In this document: positions 37,096 through 50,940 of the stretch, in pieces
How positions within the stretch are numbered: the first letter of the stretch is position 1
Layout of the letters: each line of letters opens with the position of its first letter
NCBI RefSeq assembly: GCF_036321535.1
Contig: NC_087436.1
Location: 33,792,001 to 33,856,000, forward strand
Reading direction: 5' to 3'
DNA length: 64,000 nt
Origin: Camelus dromedarius
Taxonomy: Eukaryota
Position numbers and translations under genes: made by a program
Notes under the pieces: generated by a model
Seen by the model: only the letters and a program-made list of their open reading frames with translations
What the model was told of the DNA's origin: nothing
Databases searched by the model: none

Positions 37096-37349
37096 AATAC
37101 AGATAATAACCTTCTCCCTGTTTCTCTTGCTCTTTCCCCTCAAAACCTTTTTTCTTTCCACATAATGTGATGTTTCAGGGAGATCTGTTAAATAAGTGGT
37201 AAATCTGGAAATAAATTTATTTTTCCTCTAGAAAAATTTTTACAATTTTTCATGTTCTTAATATATTTTACATTTTTCTATCAGTAAATTTATCCATAAC
37301 ATAGTTACAGCATGTTGCTGCTACTTTCAAATTTTCAGAAATTAAGAGG

Positions 37350-38420
37350 AATCAATTAGTGTATTTTGGGTTCATAGATTTTAATCTTAATAGATCTTCA
37401 AATTTACAGAAAAGTCGTGATAAGAATACAAAAGCCCCCATTTATACCTTACCTAGATTCACCAAATGTTTACATTTTCCCTCATGGATCATTCCTTTTT
37501 TCTACCTATGTATCCATCCATTTACAAAGTCTATGTCTCTATCTATCTAGTCTATTTTTTTCTGAATACTTTGAGAGTAAGCTGAAAACATTCTGCCTAC
37601 TTACCCCTAAAATCTTCTATGTATGTATTCCCTTAGACCCAGAACATTCTCTTATGCATTTTAACTGTACAATTATCAATATCAGAAAATTTAACATTTA
37701 TACAATATTATTACTTAATCCACAATTCAAATTCCAATGTTATTAATTGTGCAAATAATAGCTATTTTTATATAGCTGCTATAGCTTTCTCCCCCAGGCC
37801 CATGGTCCAATTCAAGATCACACATTACATTCAGTTGTCCAGTCTGGAACGTTTCTTCAGCTTTTGTTTGTCTCTTTTTTTTTCACCCTGACTTACTTGA
37901 GAAGTGCAGGCCTGTTACTTTATTGAATTTCTCTCAGTTTGAATGTGTCTGAAGCTATCTCATAAATGTATTCAGGTTATGCATTTTTGGCAAAAATCCT
38001 ACTGCATTGATAATATTTTCTTTTTCAGTCCATCATTATCAGAAAGCACAGGGTGTCAGTTTGCCACAATATAGCAAATGTGAATTTTTATTATTTTGCT
38101 ATTATAGCGTCTGGTTGCTATTATTGTTTCATTTTAGTTAAGAAATTAAACTCATATTTGATATTTAATTAAATTTGATAATTTCACAAAATTAGGGAGA
38201 TAAAGTAATATAAATATCCTGAATCCTAGTCAAATTTTCATCAAGTAGATTTACAATCTATTGATGATCACATCACTCAATCATTCCTTCACTATCTACT
38301 GAACACATCTGCAAGAAAAAGCTTTCTATTTTCTGTCATTCATTCCTTGAATGATTTTAGTACAGACTCATAGTGATTTTATTCAATAAAATTTAAATGC
38401 ATTTTATTTTTACATGTTTT
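37350..38420 (-). mobile_element. L1MC4/5-like 3'UTR
   Basis: caaatttacagaaaagt...acctagattcacc...tctgaatactttgagagtaag...atcagaaaatttaacatt...gatcacacattacattcagttgtc. Confidence 0.75.
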
Positions 38421-38499
38421 CCTTTTTTTGTTTGTTTGTTTTAATGGTTCCATTTACACCTAATTCAAGATCTCTTCCAAATAACTCTATATTACATTA

Positions 38500-40918
38500 T
38501 GGGTAGTTTAAGTCCCTCTCAACAGAGTTTTCTCAGTTCCACTCATCTATCCTTTAAAGTATTGCTGTCACTCATTTCACTTACCCATAAAGTATCATCC
38601 ATCACCAAATACACTGCTGCTATTATTATTATGAAGAAAGTGTTATATGTTATGTCAATTATGAATATGAAAAAAACTAAAAGATTTTATTTTATCTTCA
38701 TTTATTTTCTCTAAGGCTCTTCCTTTCTTCCAAATATCCCTATTTGAAATGACTATTTCAATCTTTCACCATTTCTTTATTGGGATGTCCATCTTTCAAT
38801 TATTAATTTTCTGTGTGTGTCTATGTTTAATCAGCTTCTGGATTTTTTCCATTATTTTCTTCTAGTCCATGGTTTGCTTCATAATTTTTTAACATTGCCT
38901 TTTGATAAGGTCTAAATGATTATACATTTTTCTTTAATAAAGTTATTTAAGAAGTTATTGCTTTGTGTGTCCTCTCTAAAATATGTTTTTGCCTATTTGT
39001 GGGATAAGACATACAGCTGATTCTTTTTTCCTAGAATCTTCATCATTTTAGCTTTTATGTATAATTTCATTACCCATCCCAAATTATAGGAGTGGTATTC
39101 TTTTTTTTTAATTAGATATGCAATTGTTTCAATGCAATTTCATTGAAAAGCCTTTTCTTATCTCATGAATTACTTTGGAGCCTCTGTCAATTTACGTTCT
39201 AAATGTAGGTCTGTTTCTGAATTCCTTATCCTTTCCATTGATTATATTTAATTTATCTTTAGGCCCAAACTAAGCTGACTGTGCAGCATTATAATAAGAC
39301 CTGAAGTGAAACATTTTAAGGTGTCCAAATTTGTTTTTATTTTCAAGATTGTTTAGCTATATAGGCTCTTTGCATTTCCATATATATTTTACAGTAAATT
39401 TTAGAAAAAAGAAACTTGTCGTATCAATAAAAATCTTTTTTGGGAAAATATAAATTTTAACAATATTGAGTTTTCTAATCCAGGAATACATTTATTAGAA
39501 TATTTAAAAAATTTTCTTGGTAATTTCTTATAGTTATCAATGAATAGGTATTTTACCTTGTTTATGAGATTAATTTCTAGTTAATTTACTTTAAATAGTA
39601 TTAAGAATTGGATTTTAAAATTTTTATTTTTCAATACTTTTACTACTATTACACTGAAATATAACTGAATTTTATATGATTGTGAATCTTTCAGTCTTGC
39701 TAATTTTAATCATTAATTCTGTAGTTGTTTTGTAGTTTTCTTAGGATTTTCTATGTAAATGATTACATTGACTCATCTGTGAATAGAATTATTTTACATC
39801 TTCCTTCCTAATCTTTATACTTTTAACTTTTATTTTTTTTATTTCTTTAGTTTTTATTTATTGTTCCTATTATTACCTGATCCATTTTGCTTATATTTTG
39901 GGCTGGAATTTCCAGACAATATTAAACAGAAGCAAAAAGGCAGTCATTCATTATTTTCCTTAAATTGAAGGGAAAGCAATCAATATTTCACATTATGTTT
40001 GATATTATCTTTAGGTTTTTCATAGCTATCCTTTATTGTTGTCAGGAAGTTACCCTCTATTTACAGTTTACTGAGAGTTATACTGTGTATGGGTGCCAAA
40101 TTGCATCTATTAAAATGGTCAACAGTCATTGGTATGTTCTTCCCTTTATTTTATTAATAAGATGGAATATATTGATAAATTTTCAAATGTCAAGGCAGTC
40201 TTCTAGTACTGAGCTAAATCTCATCTTGGCATGATAGTTTTGCTCCTTTTTCTATATTGCTAGATTTCATTTACTTACTTTTTCAAAGATGTTTCTGCAT
40301 TCATTAAGGCTGGAGTTCCGTAATTTTCTTTCTTTCTTTAATATCTCTATCATATCTTGATGTTAGATTTTTGCTCACCTCATAGGAAATGCTACAAAGA
40401 GTTTCCATCTTTTCTATTTTCCAAAAGGTTTATCATAAGTTTAGAACCATTTATTTATACGGTTGATAAAATTCACTGGTATATCATATGTATATACACA
40501 CAGACATATATATTTACACACATATGGCTATTCATGTTTTCTAGTTCACCTTGACTCTGTTTTAGGTAGTTGTGTTTATTAAGGAATTACTATATTTCAT
40601 CTAAGATTTCAAATTTATTGACATAAAATTATTTATGAAATCTCGTATCTTTTTAATGTTTGTAATAGCTTTTTTTTCTTTTCTTTCAGTGGTAATTTGT
40701 GTTCCCCTCTTGTTGATTATCATTCCTGCCAGTGATTTTTCACTTAAAAATAGTTTTAAATAATCATTTTTTGACTTTAACATTTTTCCTAGTTTGTACA
40801 TTTATGCTCATGTCTTTATTGTTTTGTTCCTTCTCATTACTTAGGTGGTATCTTTTTTCTAGCTATTTGAAATGAAACCTTAGAACACTGATATTAAACT
40901 TTCTTCTTTTCTAAGTTA
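38500..40918 (-). mobile_element. Old L1M remnants (several fragments, mostly antisense ORF2)
   Basis: T-rich antisense L1 motifs: tttttcaagattgttt, tctttgcatttccatata, aatattgagttttctaatcca, taggattttctatgtaaatgat, gaagggaaagc, aagatttcaaatttattgacataa. Confidence 0.65.
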
Positions 40919-40924
40919 ACTATT

Positions 40925-41160
40925 AGTATTAGTTTCTTAGGTTGCCATAACAAAGTACTATAATTGTGTGACTTTAAAACAACAGAAATTTATTCTTTCA
41001 TGATTCTGGAGGCTAGAAATCTGAAATCCTGGTGTTGGCCAGGCCAGACTGCCTCTGAAGACTCTAGATGATCTTTCTTTGCCTCTTAAGCCTCTGGTGG
41101 TCCCACGCATCCCTTGGCTTGTGGCAGAATAGTTGCAGTGTCTGCACCTGTCTCCACCTA
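40925..41160 (-). mobile_element. MaLR LTR (MLT1C-like) fragment
   Basis: tattagtttcttaggttgccataacaaagtac...aacaacagaaatttattct..ttctggaggctagaaatctgaaatc..ggtgttggc. Confidence 0.85.
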
Positions 41161-43599
41161 GCAGAAATCTGTGTAGAACAGATTAGCATCTTGCTCTTAG
41201 AGGAGTAAAATTTGGTTAAGTAAAAAAGTTTTGTGAAGACTTTCCTCTCAGGGAGACAAAAGCCATGTAGTACCAGAAATAAATTACTGATTTTAGTTTA
41301 TAATTTACAGGCAGAATTTAGGACTAAAACTTACTCTATGAACAATACTCTATTACTTTTTTTTTAATCATGGTTTCAGGGACTATGCATCAGACAATGC
41401 GTATTTCACAAATAAGCATTCTCAACATAAATGTTATTATTGAAAGAGTGAAAAAATTAAACATCAGTAATTAAACATACTTGCTAAATGTTTAATTACA
41501 TCTAAGGTATCCTTGTCGCGGTTAAACTAAGGATAATGTTATGTATTACTTCACTAATTATAAATTTGATAATTAATTTTGATAATAAATGGAAATAAAA
41601 CCTACATCATTTTAAATCAACTTGTTTCTTTTTAGAGGAAGAAATTATGGGTACCAAAAGATAATGTGTGGTTATCTCTGAGGGGTGAAATTCTCTTTCC
41701 CTGTATTTCTTATAATGAAAATGCCTTGTCTACTTTTTTGAAGAGAGTATTAATTAAGGAATGACATTGCTATTACTAATTATTAATGAGCATAGAATAT
41801 TGATGCAATCACACTTTCTTAAAGTTGAGTCCATTGACTATAATGTATTTTGCAGCAGAAATTATATCATGGGCTTTGGTTTTTATTTTGTCTACATTCA
41901 AGGCCAGGTAATTGAATTACATTAAAGTAGTTCAAAACATGTAAATTAATATCTTAATAATACTAATTTTCTATGTCTTCAATTTATACTGAAATCATGG
42001 TTTAAATTAAATACACAGAGTCATAAGTTAATTACAGACCATTTCTCATCTTTAAGTTATGCGGGTTGGGAATACAAAAATTATCTGTGATGAAAACTCA
42101 ATGGTATAGTTAGACTATACCAAACATGTTCAGTAAAAATATGCTTTTGTTATATTTTAGCCTCTTATGCAAAACACTATGGAGTCTACTCTGGAAATTC
42201 CTGATATTGAATAAACCAACTTGATACTGATGAAAGCCAAAAAACTGTTTGTTCATTTCATAAATTTAGACATATGTCTTTGTTACTGGAACATGGTGTT
42301 GGATGAAAGATTAAGTAGGTGTATATTCCCTTGGGATTCTGTCACAGAGCTGGTATTTCTTTCTAGACCCCCCACACTATGTAAAGATATAGATTTAATA
42401 AACAAACCATTTCTGATCTCAGCAAGGAACTTAGCAGGGATTTTGAAAGTCAAACACACAGGAGCCATGCTTGACTGTGGTGGTAAAAGTAACATCTGCC
42501 TAAGAGCTTTAAACAACAGACTTTTCAAATCACTTTTAAAGCCACAGTAGGAGATGTGACAACCATAAGCAATACCTCATGCAGACCAGGAACATGAAAG
42601 CTGGAAGAAGTCAATTGCACTCAAATGCTGAAATAATCCCTATTAAGGGGAAACAAGAGGAATAACTTAAAGTTCCTGTTTATCTCTGTCTACCTAAGCT
42701 TTTATGTACCATTTCTAGCCTTCACTAATGACTGTAAACTGACTAAAAGAAAGAAAATAATTACTAATGGAAAAATTAACTTCACACTGCCCAAGTTATG
42801 ATAGTGACTTATTTCAAAGTCAAATTTGATTCCTAATTCACTAGCTTTACATAGGATAGATAGGATTATATCTAGCAAAATGTACCAATTAGTACCAGCC
42901 TGGATGATTAGGGTGTAAAAGGAGTGCCACAATGCACTGCCAACACAATTCTGGAAAAATAAGGTGAAAATATAACCCAAGGTACATATGATCTTTGAAA
43001 TTCATTTAAATGTGTTGCATCTTTTCTATTGTACCTGCAAAACAGGGAAGGACATCTGAGGACTTTCTGTGTATTTTCACTTTATTTGCTGTGTTGTTCT
43101 AAACCTGTTACTGGATAATTTACTTAATTAAAACACAGCAAATAAAGTTAAGGATGTGGAGTAGATCCCAAAGACAAAAGTATTACTATTTAGCTTCTTT
43201 TACACATGTCAATATAAGGAAAGAAAATAATCTTCTCATATTGGCATAAATCAGTTCATGTGTTCAGATCTCAAAAAAGTACACTGCATCACATTTCTAC
43301 TTAGGAAAAGTCATGGGTTCATCCATGAAAGATAAAGAAAACTGAGGAGACTGTAGAGAGAGGAAGTAAGAGAGGGAGCCATGTTCCTCAGTAAATGAAA
43401 AATTTAGTTAATATGTACATTCCCTTTATCTTGTTCCCTTACAGGATATTTATTAATAATTCAGGCACTCACAATTGTAGCTCATTAAATCTTTCCAAAA
43501 ATGGTCCATATGTTGGCGTATTTAATAAATGTCAAAAATATTTTTATAAGAAAGAAATCACTACTGAGTCAACTATGAGAATAGCTATTCTCTTTAATA

Positions 43600-44295
43600 T
43601 ACTGACAGAAGAAAAATGCACAACCTAAAAGTTGTGAGTTATGTTTTACTTGGGGAAATAACTGAGAACTATAGCGTGGGAGACAGCCTCTTGTATAGCT
43701 CTGAGGAACTCAGCCAAAGAGGTAATGGAGGAGACAGAATATATAAGAGTTCTTGCTGGAAAAAAAAAATGTAGTCAAACATCAAAAGATTACTGCTGAC
43801 CACAAAAAACAGACAAGTTAACTATTTTAGTACCTTTCTATGTATGGAATGATGCAAGAGTCTGGGTTCATTGAAATTATTCCTTAGATACCTATCTTAA
43901 CTACATAGGGCCAGTATCCTACTTTTCTCCATTCTGAATTCCCCTGAGGGCACATCTTAGGAGGTGGCTGCAGTGGCAGATGGCTTGATGGTGGGCAATA
44001 TTCATATATATATATATTTTTTTAATTGAAGTGTAATTGATTTACCATATTGTGTAAGTTTCTAGTGTATAGCAAAGTGATTCAGTTTTATATATGCATA
44101 TATCTGTATTTTTTCATATTGTTTTCCATCATAGATTATTACAAGATATTGAATGTAATTTCCTATGCTATATAGTAGGACCCTGTTGTTTATCTATTTT
44201 ATATACAGTAGTTTCTAAATTAGGAGTTTGGGATTAGCAGATACAAACTACTATATTTGTTGTTTACTGAAATGGCGAGTAACTTTTTGTCTGCA
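43600..44295 (-). mobile_element. ERV1 solo LTR (cetartiodactyl MER41-like), interrupted by an L1 fragment
   Basis: aatgcacaacctaaaagttgtgagttatgtttta...gagacagcctct..agctctgaggaact...gatggcttgatgg | ttgtttactgaaatggc..ttttgtctgCA; 4-bp TSD aata at 43596-43599 and 44296-44299. Confidence 0.8.
44004..44256 (-). mobile_element. Short L1 3'UTR insertion with 5' inversion
   Basis: 44004-44214 is antisense L1 3'UTR with a (TA)n/T tail; 44216-44256 is the adjacent upstream 3'UTR segment in the opposite orientation (compare 30326-30366). Confidence 0.8.
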
Positions 44296-44852
44296 AATAG
44301 ATGATAATTTCTCACAAAGTTCTGTCTATAATGATCATCAACCAATCTGAGGAAAGTTAAAAAAAAAACAAAGTTTCACCATAATGGTCAAGAATTCTTA
44401 CAAGAAATATTTTGAAGTATTTTTTCTTTGTTATTTGTACAATTGTGGCAGACACATAATCCTCCAACCATCTAAATACAGCACTTCTAATTCATTTGTA
44501 CTTACTAGAGAATTGGTTCCATGTAAAACAGTGTGCTAAACATGATGACAGTTTGTTAAAAATTATTATTTTAGACTGAAGGACCAAATAAAGTCAAAGA
44601 ACACAGTAAGTGAATATGTGATAGTTAGGACTAGAGTCTATGTATTATGATATCAAATTCAGTAATATTTCTGCTATGTTACACTGATAATTTATCCACT
44701 ACAATTAAAATATCTCAAAATACTTTAACATAGTACATACCTACATGAAAATTTCCAAAAGAATGATCTGATTGCAATATGATCAGAAATACATCTTATA
44801 ATTTATCTTCTTCTTTTCCATGGCATTTATGGGAACATACATGCAGGTGCGT

Positions 44853-44853
<1 letters not shown>

Positions 44854-44897
<44 letters not shown>
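44854..44897. repeat. (CA)22 microsatellite
   Basis: Directly visible. Confidence 0.97.
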
Positions 44898-44898
<1 letters not shown>

Positions 44899-47800
44899 TA
44901 GATCTATCGATTTGTTGATACATTGATGAATCACTTCCCTAGGTAAAAATAAAAATTAAAACTTACTCAAAGGGTATTATAAAATTTCTACTCCTGTGAA
45001 TTTTTAGAGGAATAATTAAAATTTAAAAATTTTTGGCTATATGTAAAATCAGAATCATTTTCTGACAATCTAGTAGCCAATCACCATGTACTTCATATTC
45101 AACAGATAACTTTTTCTTACTTAATTCAGATAAAATAAAATTCAGATGTGATGAAACAACATACTCATTTATTTTAATGTACCTTTAAGTTAAGGTTCTC
45201 CTTAGGTGAAGATAATCTTTTAGAGAATTTAGCTTTGTTGTCAAACACGTTCCTCTAAAGATTGCAATGTTTTATAAAGCATGACTGATTTAAAAGCTGT
45301 CTATAAGGTTAGAAAAGGTGAGGGAAAATTACAACTTGTGAATCACTTCATGACTGTAAATATATCCTGCTGACTTTAAAAATTACTAAAAAATCATAAA
45401 GAATATTTATTTGAATGTATTTTACTCTGGAATATAAAACATAAACATGAAACAATAGTTATCCTTGCTTCTAATAGTCTGAAAAATTTCGAAGTTGTTT
45501 AAAGCATATCTAACTGTCTGAGAATGCAGGAATCATAACATGATTCTGGGTACCTTATAACCACATCTAGTGATGTAAGATTTGGCAACAAATAACACCT
45601 GCATTTTTACAGAGTACAAATATATTCATACATATTTCTTGCTTTCTCTTTTAAAATTTTTCTATATCTGGAATATGTGTGGATATGAGGGGCTTGATGA
45701 TTTCTAATAGAAACAGACATATTCTAATCATCATTTCCTTTACATGCTAATGATAATCTCAGAAATGAAATGTGCTATTAGAATTCTAAGAAGAACAACA
45801 ATAGATTAACTTTGGCAAATTAGATGAAAATAAAAGCACAGAAAAAATGTTATTGGAAAATTTTTTTCTAAATGACCGTCTGTATAATTATCTTTTTAGC
45901 AAATAGTCATGAAAACCCAAGAGGAACAAATTGTTGGTTACTAATTCAGGTTTATGAATCATCTTCTCTTTAGGACTGTAAGCATGAAAAATGATGAAAC
46001 TAAAATTTATTTAAGAAAAAATAATTAATCATTCTTGTCTCCATCATCATGTAAAATTATTGGAATAAATACTTCATTTTAAAATGTTTTAAAACATTAT
46101 ATGGACCCTTATACATGAAAATGAGCTATTTGCCAATTAAAAATTGTGGTTGGGTCAAAATTAGTATTTTTCAAATATTATTATCAGTTTTTCCTTTATT
46201 CAAAACATTTTCATAAAAAGTTCAATGTATAAAACAATAAATGTTTGCTAATTTATCTTAGAATGTATAGTCATATCCATTGCATTCACACTGTACCTTT
46301 ATATAACTGGACAATTAAATTGGAAGCATGCATTTTAAAGATACAGAACCACATTCACTGTAACAGTAGTGAGAAGGAGGATTGGTATACACATAAGTGT
46401 GGGTCATTTCTTTTTATCTTAAGGCTTACAGAAGCCCCAAGGAGGAGAGAAATTACTCTGAATTCTGAAATGGACCAAACTTTCCTGGTTAAATAAATGT
46501 TACCTGGGGATACGGCACATAACCAATAGCTGATGAATATTTGTTAACAATATTTTTCAAAATAATTTTGAAAGTGATAATAATATCTTATCAATATATT
46601 GCTTACGAGAGTTAAGGCAGTATATTCTCAGTTGTCAGGAGACTCCCAATAGTGTTTCAGTTTAGTAACTCATTTTATAGGATACGTGTAGACTACTCGT
46701 ACGTGATAGAGGAATGTGGAATGTAGAGACAGCCCTTAGAAAGGATCACTTTAAGCACAATAAAAGGAATTTGAAATAAAAAGGGGATAGAAAATCCACA
46801 ATAATGGATAAGACTAAATGCCGTAGATCATTTTTTATTTAAATCACTGTCTACAGATAGGTAGATTGGTTAAAAATGATGAAAGAAAACAAAGAGTTTA
46901 GGGTACTACAAGCTATAAGTGCTTTGGGGAAGAGCCAGAATCCGTGTTGCAAGTAAATCCCAACTTTACACAGAGCCCTTTTGGACTTGATGTGTTTATA
47001 CACAAATCTAGAAACACTGTAGTAAACAGTCCAGGGAAGTTCATTATACAAAACTTTTTTAGATCTTTAATTTCAATGTTTACTCTAAAAATACATGAAA
47101 AATCTATATATCTTCTGTTTTGGTGCTATGTTAAGTTTTACTATTTGATTTTGCCTCACATTTTCATTTTAATTCCAAACTTTCTTTGAAAACATTATTT
47201 TTTTGCAGCTGCTGCTTGGGTGGTGTAGTTCTTCATATGATCATTTCCATGTGCAAATATTACAAAATGTCAAAGACCCTGAATTTATGAACTTTTATTT
47301 TCTGCTAAAGTTTGAAAAATTCTAATTAGAGACTAAGTAGCCAAACTCCTCCCCCTGAAATAACTTTTAATATGGTCCATGTGCAAAAACTTTATTTTAT
47401 GATCTTACCCACCGCATGAAGTATCAGAGCAGGATATCATACAATCCACAGAGAAAACTGGCCAGGACTCTGCATTTAATGTTTCCAAAGTATTAACTGA
47501 GACTTGTTAGACTTTAGTTATATAAATGTACAAATTAACCATATCTTTTAACAAAATAAGATATTTAACTTGTTTTTAGGATTTATTTTGAATGATTTAA
47601 ACACAAACACCATAATCTTGAATGTGTTATTTTCAAAACACTCTCATACAATGAATACTAGACCTCACTAGAAAGCAGCATTTATTCTCAACTACAATGT
47701 ATATAGTATTAGTAGACTTACCTAGAAAGATTAAGGAAAAAAAACTGAAAAATTCTTAAAAGAAGCAACAAAACTGACCAAGGATGACTGAGAAAATATA

Positions 47801-48599
47801 AATTAAATAAAGTTTATACCAATAACATTTGAAAAGTTTGAAATTCTTGTCTACTAATTCCCATGTCTCTAATAATAGAAATTCATATGAAATAATTTTC
47901 AGGCAATTAAAAAAAGGAGAGGAGAACTCAATTCACAGAAAAGTATTTTTAAAATAGATGTGGTTTATTTTTGATAATAAAATAATGAACCTCTATGGAG
48001 AAAAATCATAAAATTTAATTGTTAGAATTAAAAAGTATCTTTAATCTCTCAATTTAGAGATAATTATTGGTAACATATCGGTATATTTATGGCATATTAA
48101 GACTTTTTTCTTATATTGATTATACTACACCCTAATTTGTTGTATCCATGTTTACTTAGGGACATTTATAATTATCGTGAGTTTCTAATTGGCATGGTCA
48201 AAATGAGATAATGATAAAAATGTGTCCAGTTAGATTTATGAGGAGCCAGGTTTCAAGGAAAGCCAGGAATGTGCCAAAAGGTGAAATTGCCAGCTGGGAA
48301 TCAAAGATTTAGTGAGTTCAGAGCTAGGTTATCAATGTGACCAATTTATTTAATGCACAATTAATGAGACTGGTTTAAAATTTGAGAATACAATAAGATA
48401 AATATGAATGACCTCTGCTTTCAAATCATGCCCCATCTAAATGTGAGTTCAACTTTCAAGGATGACAAAGTGTGGCAGGTGAACATGGGATGATAAAAGT
48501 GCAAACTGCTGCCCAAATCTCCATCTGCCCAGTGTACTCCCACTCTGCTCTTCAGCATCAGTTGGCTCCATTAAAATGATCTCAATTTTGAGAAGAGAA

Positions 48600-49960
48600 C
48601 TAAATAAAACTGGAAAAAAAAAAAAAAAGCAACCCACATAGTGTTCCTGAAACATTAAAATGAAAAAAAAAAAAAAGACAGAGACAAGACAAAGCATAAC
48701 AAAATACAACGAAGAATTTCAATTAGAAGAATTGCCCTTGGAAACTATCAGAGAAAAATACTTTTTCATAATCTCAAAGTAAGCAGTATATGAATTATTT
48801 TAGAGGAGCTAAAAAAAATGAGACATGATTAATGAAAGGAGAGATAATTATCCCCACCAAAAGGGATTAAAAAAGGAGTGAACAGAGCTTGGAGAAAATC
48901 TGTAGTAGAATTAAATCATTTCAAAGTAATGCTTGCATTAGAGGGAAAAGATAGGTTCTATTGAAAATTGAGTCAGGGCATGGGTAAGAGAAGCCATATT
49001 AAATGAAGCTGAAAAGAATTAAGAAATAAAGGCACAAAGATGATAGGTACAAAAGTTTAAAAAGATCTAGTCTTTATAACTGCATTTCTAGATAAGACAA
49101 CTGAGTTAAAGAAAAAGCTAAGTTATAGAAAGACTTTCTTAAATAACAAATAGAATTTGTAAGTGAGAATGTACAATTTGTACTGGGGGGCAAGATCATT
49201 AATAAAAAATCCTCACACATTTGTATTTTGATAAGTGTTATGAACTTCAACACAATGACGACAACAAATTCTTAATTCAAGATATAAAGGCATCTACAAG
49301 AGAGAGAAATAAGGACTTCAGACTTCCAGAGCACTGTTCGCTAACAGGAGTATTTCTGTAAAGTTTTGGGATGAAGAAATTTGATACGTGTTTAGGTTCT
49401 CAAACATGTAAGAACTCATAGACCATAACCCAATAAATTAGTCTTGGAAAAACTATTAAAACAGTTAGACAAAGTATTAGGCAAGAATATTCAGCCAATG
49501 GAAAAAAAATCAAAATGAAGAAGTAAACTATTTTTTAAAGGTAGGGAGCACTCACTACCATTAATTAAAGACTAAACAATAGAGGGAATTATTTTTAAAA
49601 ATTGAAAATGTTGCAAAACTACATAAGTTAAATTTGGAATAAAAATGACAAACAAAGGTAGGTTGAGATATAGGTTTTCAAATTTTCTCCTTTTTCATAG
49701 TGAAGAGTTATTTTTTAATTAGCTAAAATTGGTACATTGGGATACACACAAGTTTTAAGAGTATTATTGAGAGTTTTGAAGAGTATGTATACTTCTATGT
49801 ATGTATACCTTCTAAAGCCAGATATTTACATAACAAATAGTTTCCAGCAAAAGGTAGAAAACAATGATAAAATATCAAATGGAAATTATAAGAAGATGGC
49901 AAAATTAGAAACAATACCTGTAATATTATATTTTTACAAGTTAATGTTAAATATCTGTCT
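48600..49960 (+). mobile_element. Ancient L1M/HAL1-type ORF1 and spacer remnant
   Basis: A-rich sense strand; cttcagacttc, ttctcaaacatgtaagaactca, cttggaaaaacta, aagactaaacaa resemble ancient L1/HAL1 ORF1 end; highly degraded. Confidence 0.45.
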
Positions 49961-50109
49961 CAAAAATGATAGAAAGATGTGATGAAACTAAAATAGTTAA
50001 AATGTAATTGTAGAACCCTAGTGATGGGTATATTGCTATAAATTTCTTAAGTATTTTCTATATGTTTGAAAATTTTCATAGTAAGATGCTTAAAAAAAAA
50101 CTTAATCTG

Positions 50110-50940
50110 TTAAGCCAAAATAAAACCTAAATGGATAAAGTACATAATAAACATTTGGCAAAAAATAAAAGGCCCAGAAGAAACCATAAAGAATTATTGA
50201 AAAGTTAAGAATTTTCCTGTATGGCACAGAACACAGAAGCCATAGGAAAGGTCCGAAGAGTTACCACTTTAAGCAAAAATATGCATAGAATGTTAAATGA
50301 TTCATTCAATTTTTGAGAAGTGAAATTGGCAAGACATGACAAATCACTAATGTGGTTATGTAATGTTTTACAAATCAGTAAGAAGAAAGGCTACAAATTC
50401 AATAGTCCAATTATCAAAAGATATGGACAGTTCACAACAAAGTACATAAAAATGCAGATTAACAGAGAAAGAAATTCTCAACCTTACTCAAAAGCAAAGA
50501 AATACAAATGAAAAGTCCAGTTAGAGAGTATATATTTCCTGTAAGTTTAGTGAAGTTTAAAAAGTGTGATGATGCCTATTTTTGGCCAAGGCTGGGAGCA
50601 ACAGACACTGTCATATTGCTGACAGAGTGCAAACAGTCATTCTACTTTGGCAGGAAATTTGGCTGGATCTGATCAACGTAAACTTGTATAAGCTCTTAAA
50701 CTCAGAAATTCCACTTCTAGGAGTTTACACTAGAAAAATATTAACACAATTGTGTAGATAGGCAAAGATATTTGTTGTAGCACTGTTTATAGTAACCTAG
50801 TCTGAGAACAATTTAATCTTCCACCAACAGAAGATAGGTTAAATATATTATACATAAATTATATGCAGGTAAAAAATAATAAATCCGATCTAATGTGGTG
50901 ATATCCATATAAAGGGAAAAACAATGTACTGGGTAGAAAA
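50110..50940 (+). mobile_element. Very old L1 (L1ME-like) ORF2 3' remnant
   Basis: aaagatatggacagttcaca, attctcaaccttactca, ggccaaggctgggagcaacagacactgtcata, cagaaattccacttctaggagttt, ttgtagcactgtttatagta. Confidence 0.65.

Noticed and set aside
42221..42550. Overlapping 109-aa and 81-aa ORFs in unique DNA
   Set aside because: Non-ATG starts, no recognisable domain, no splice or promoter context.
47400..47480. Minus-strand donor/acceptor pair
   Set aside because: No polypyrimidine tract and an unrecognised peptide.
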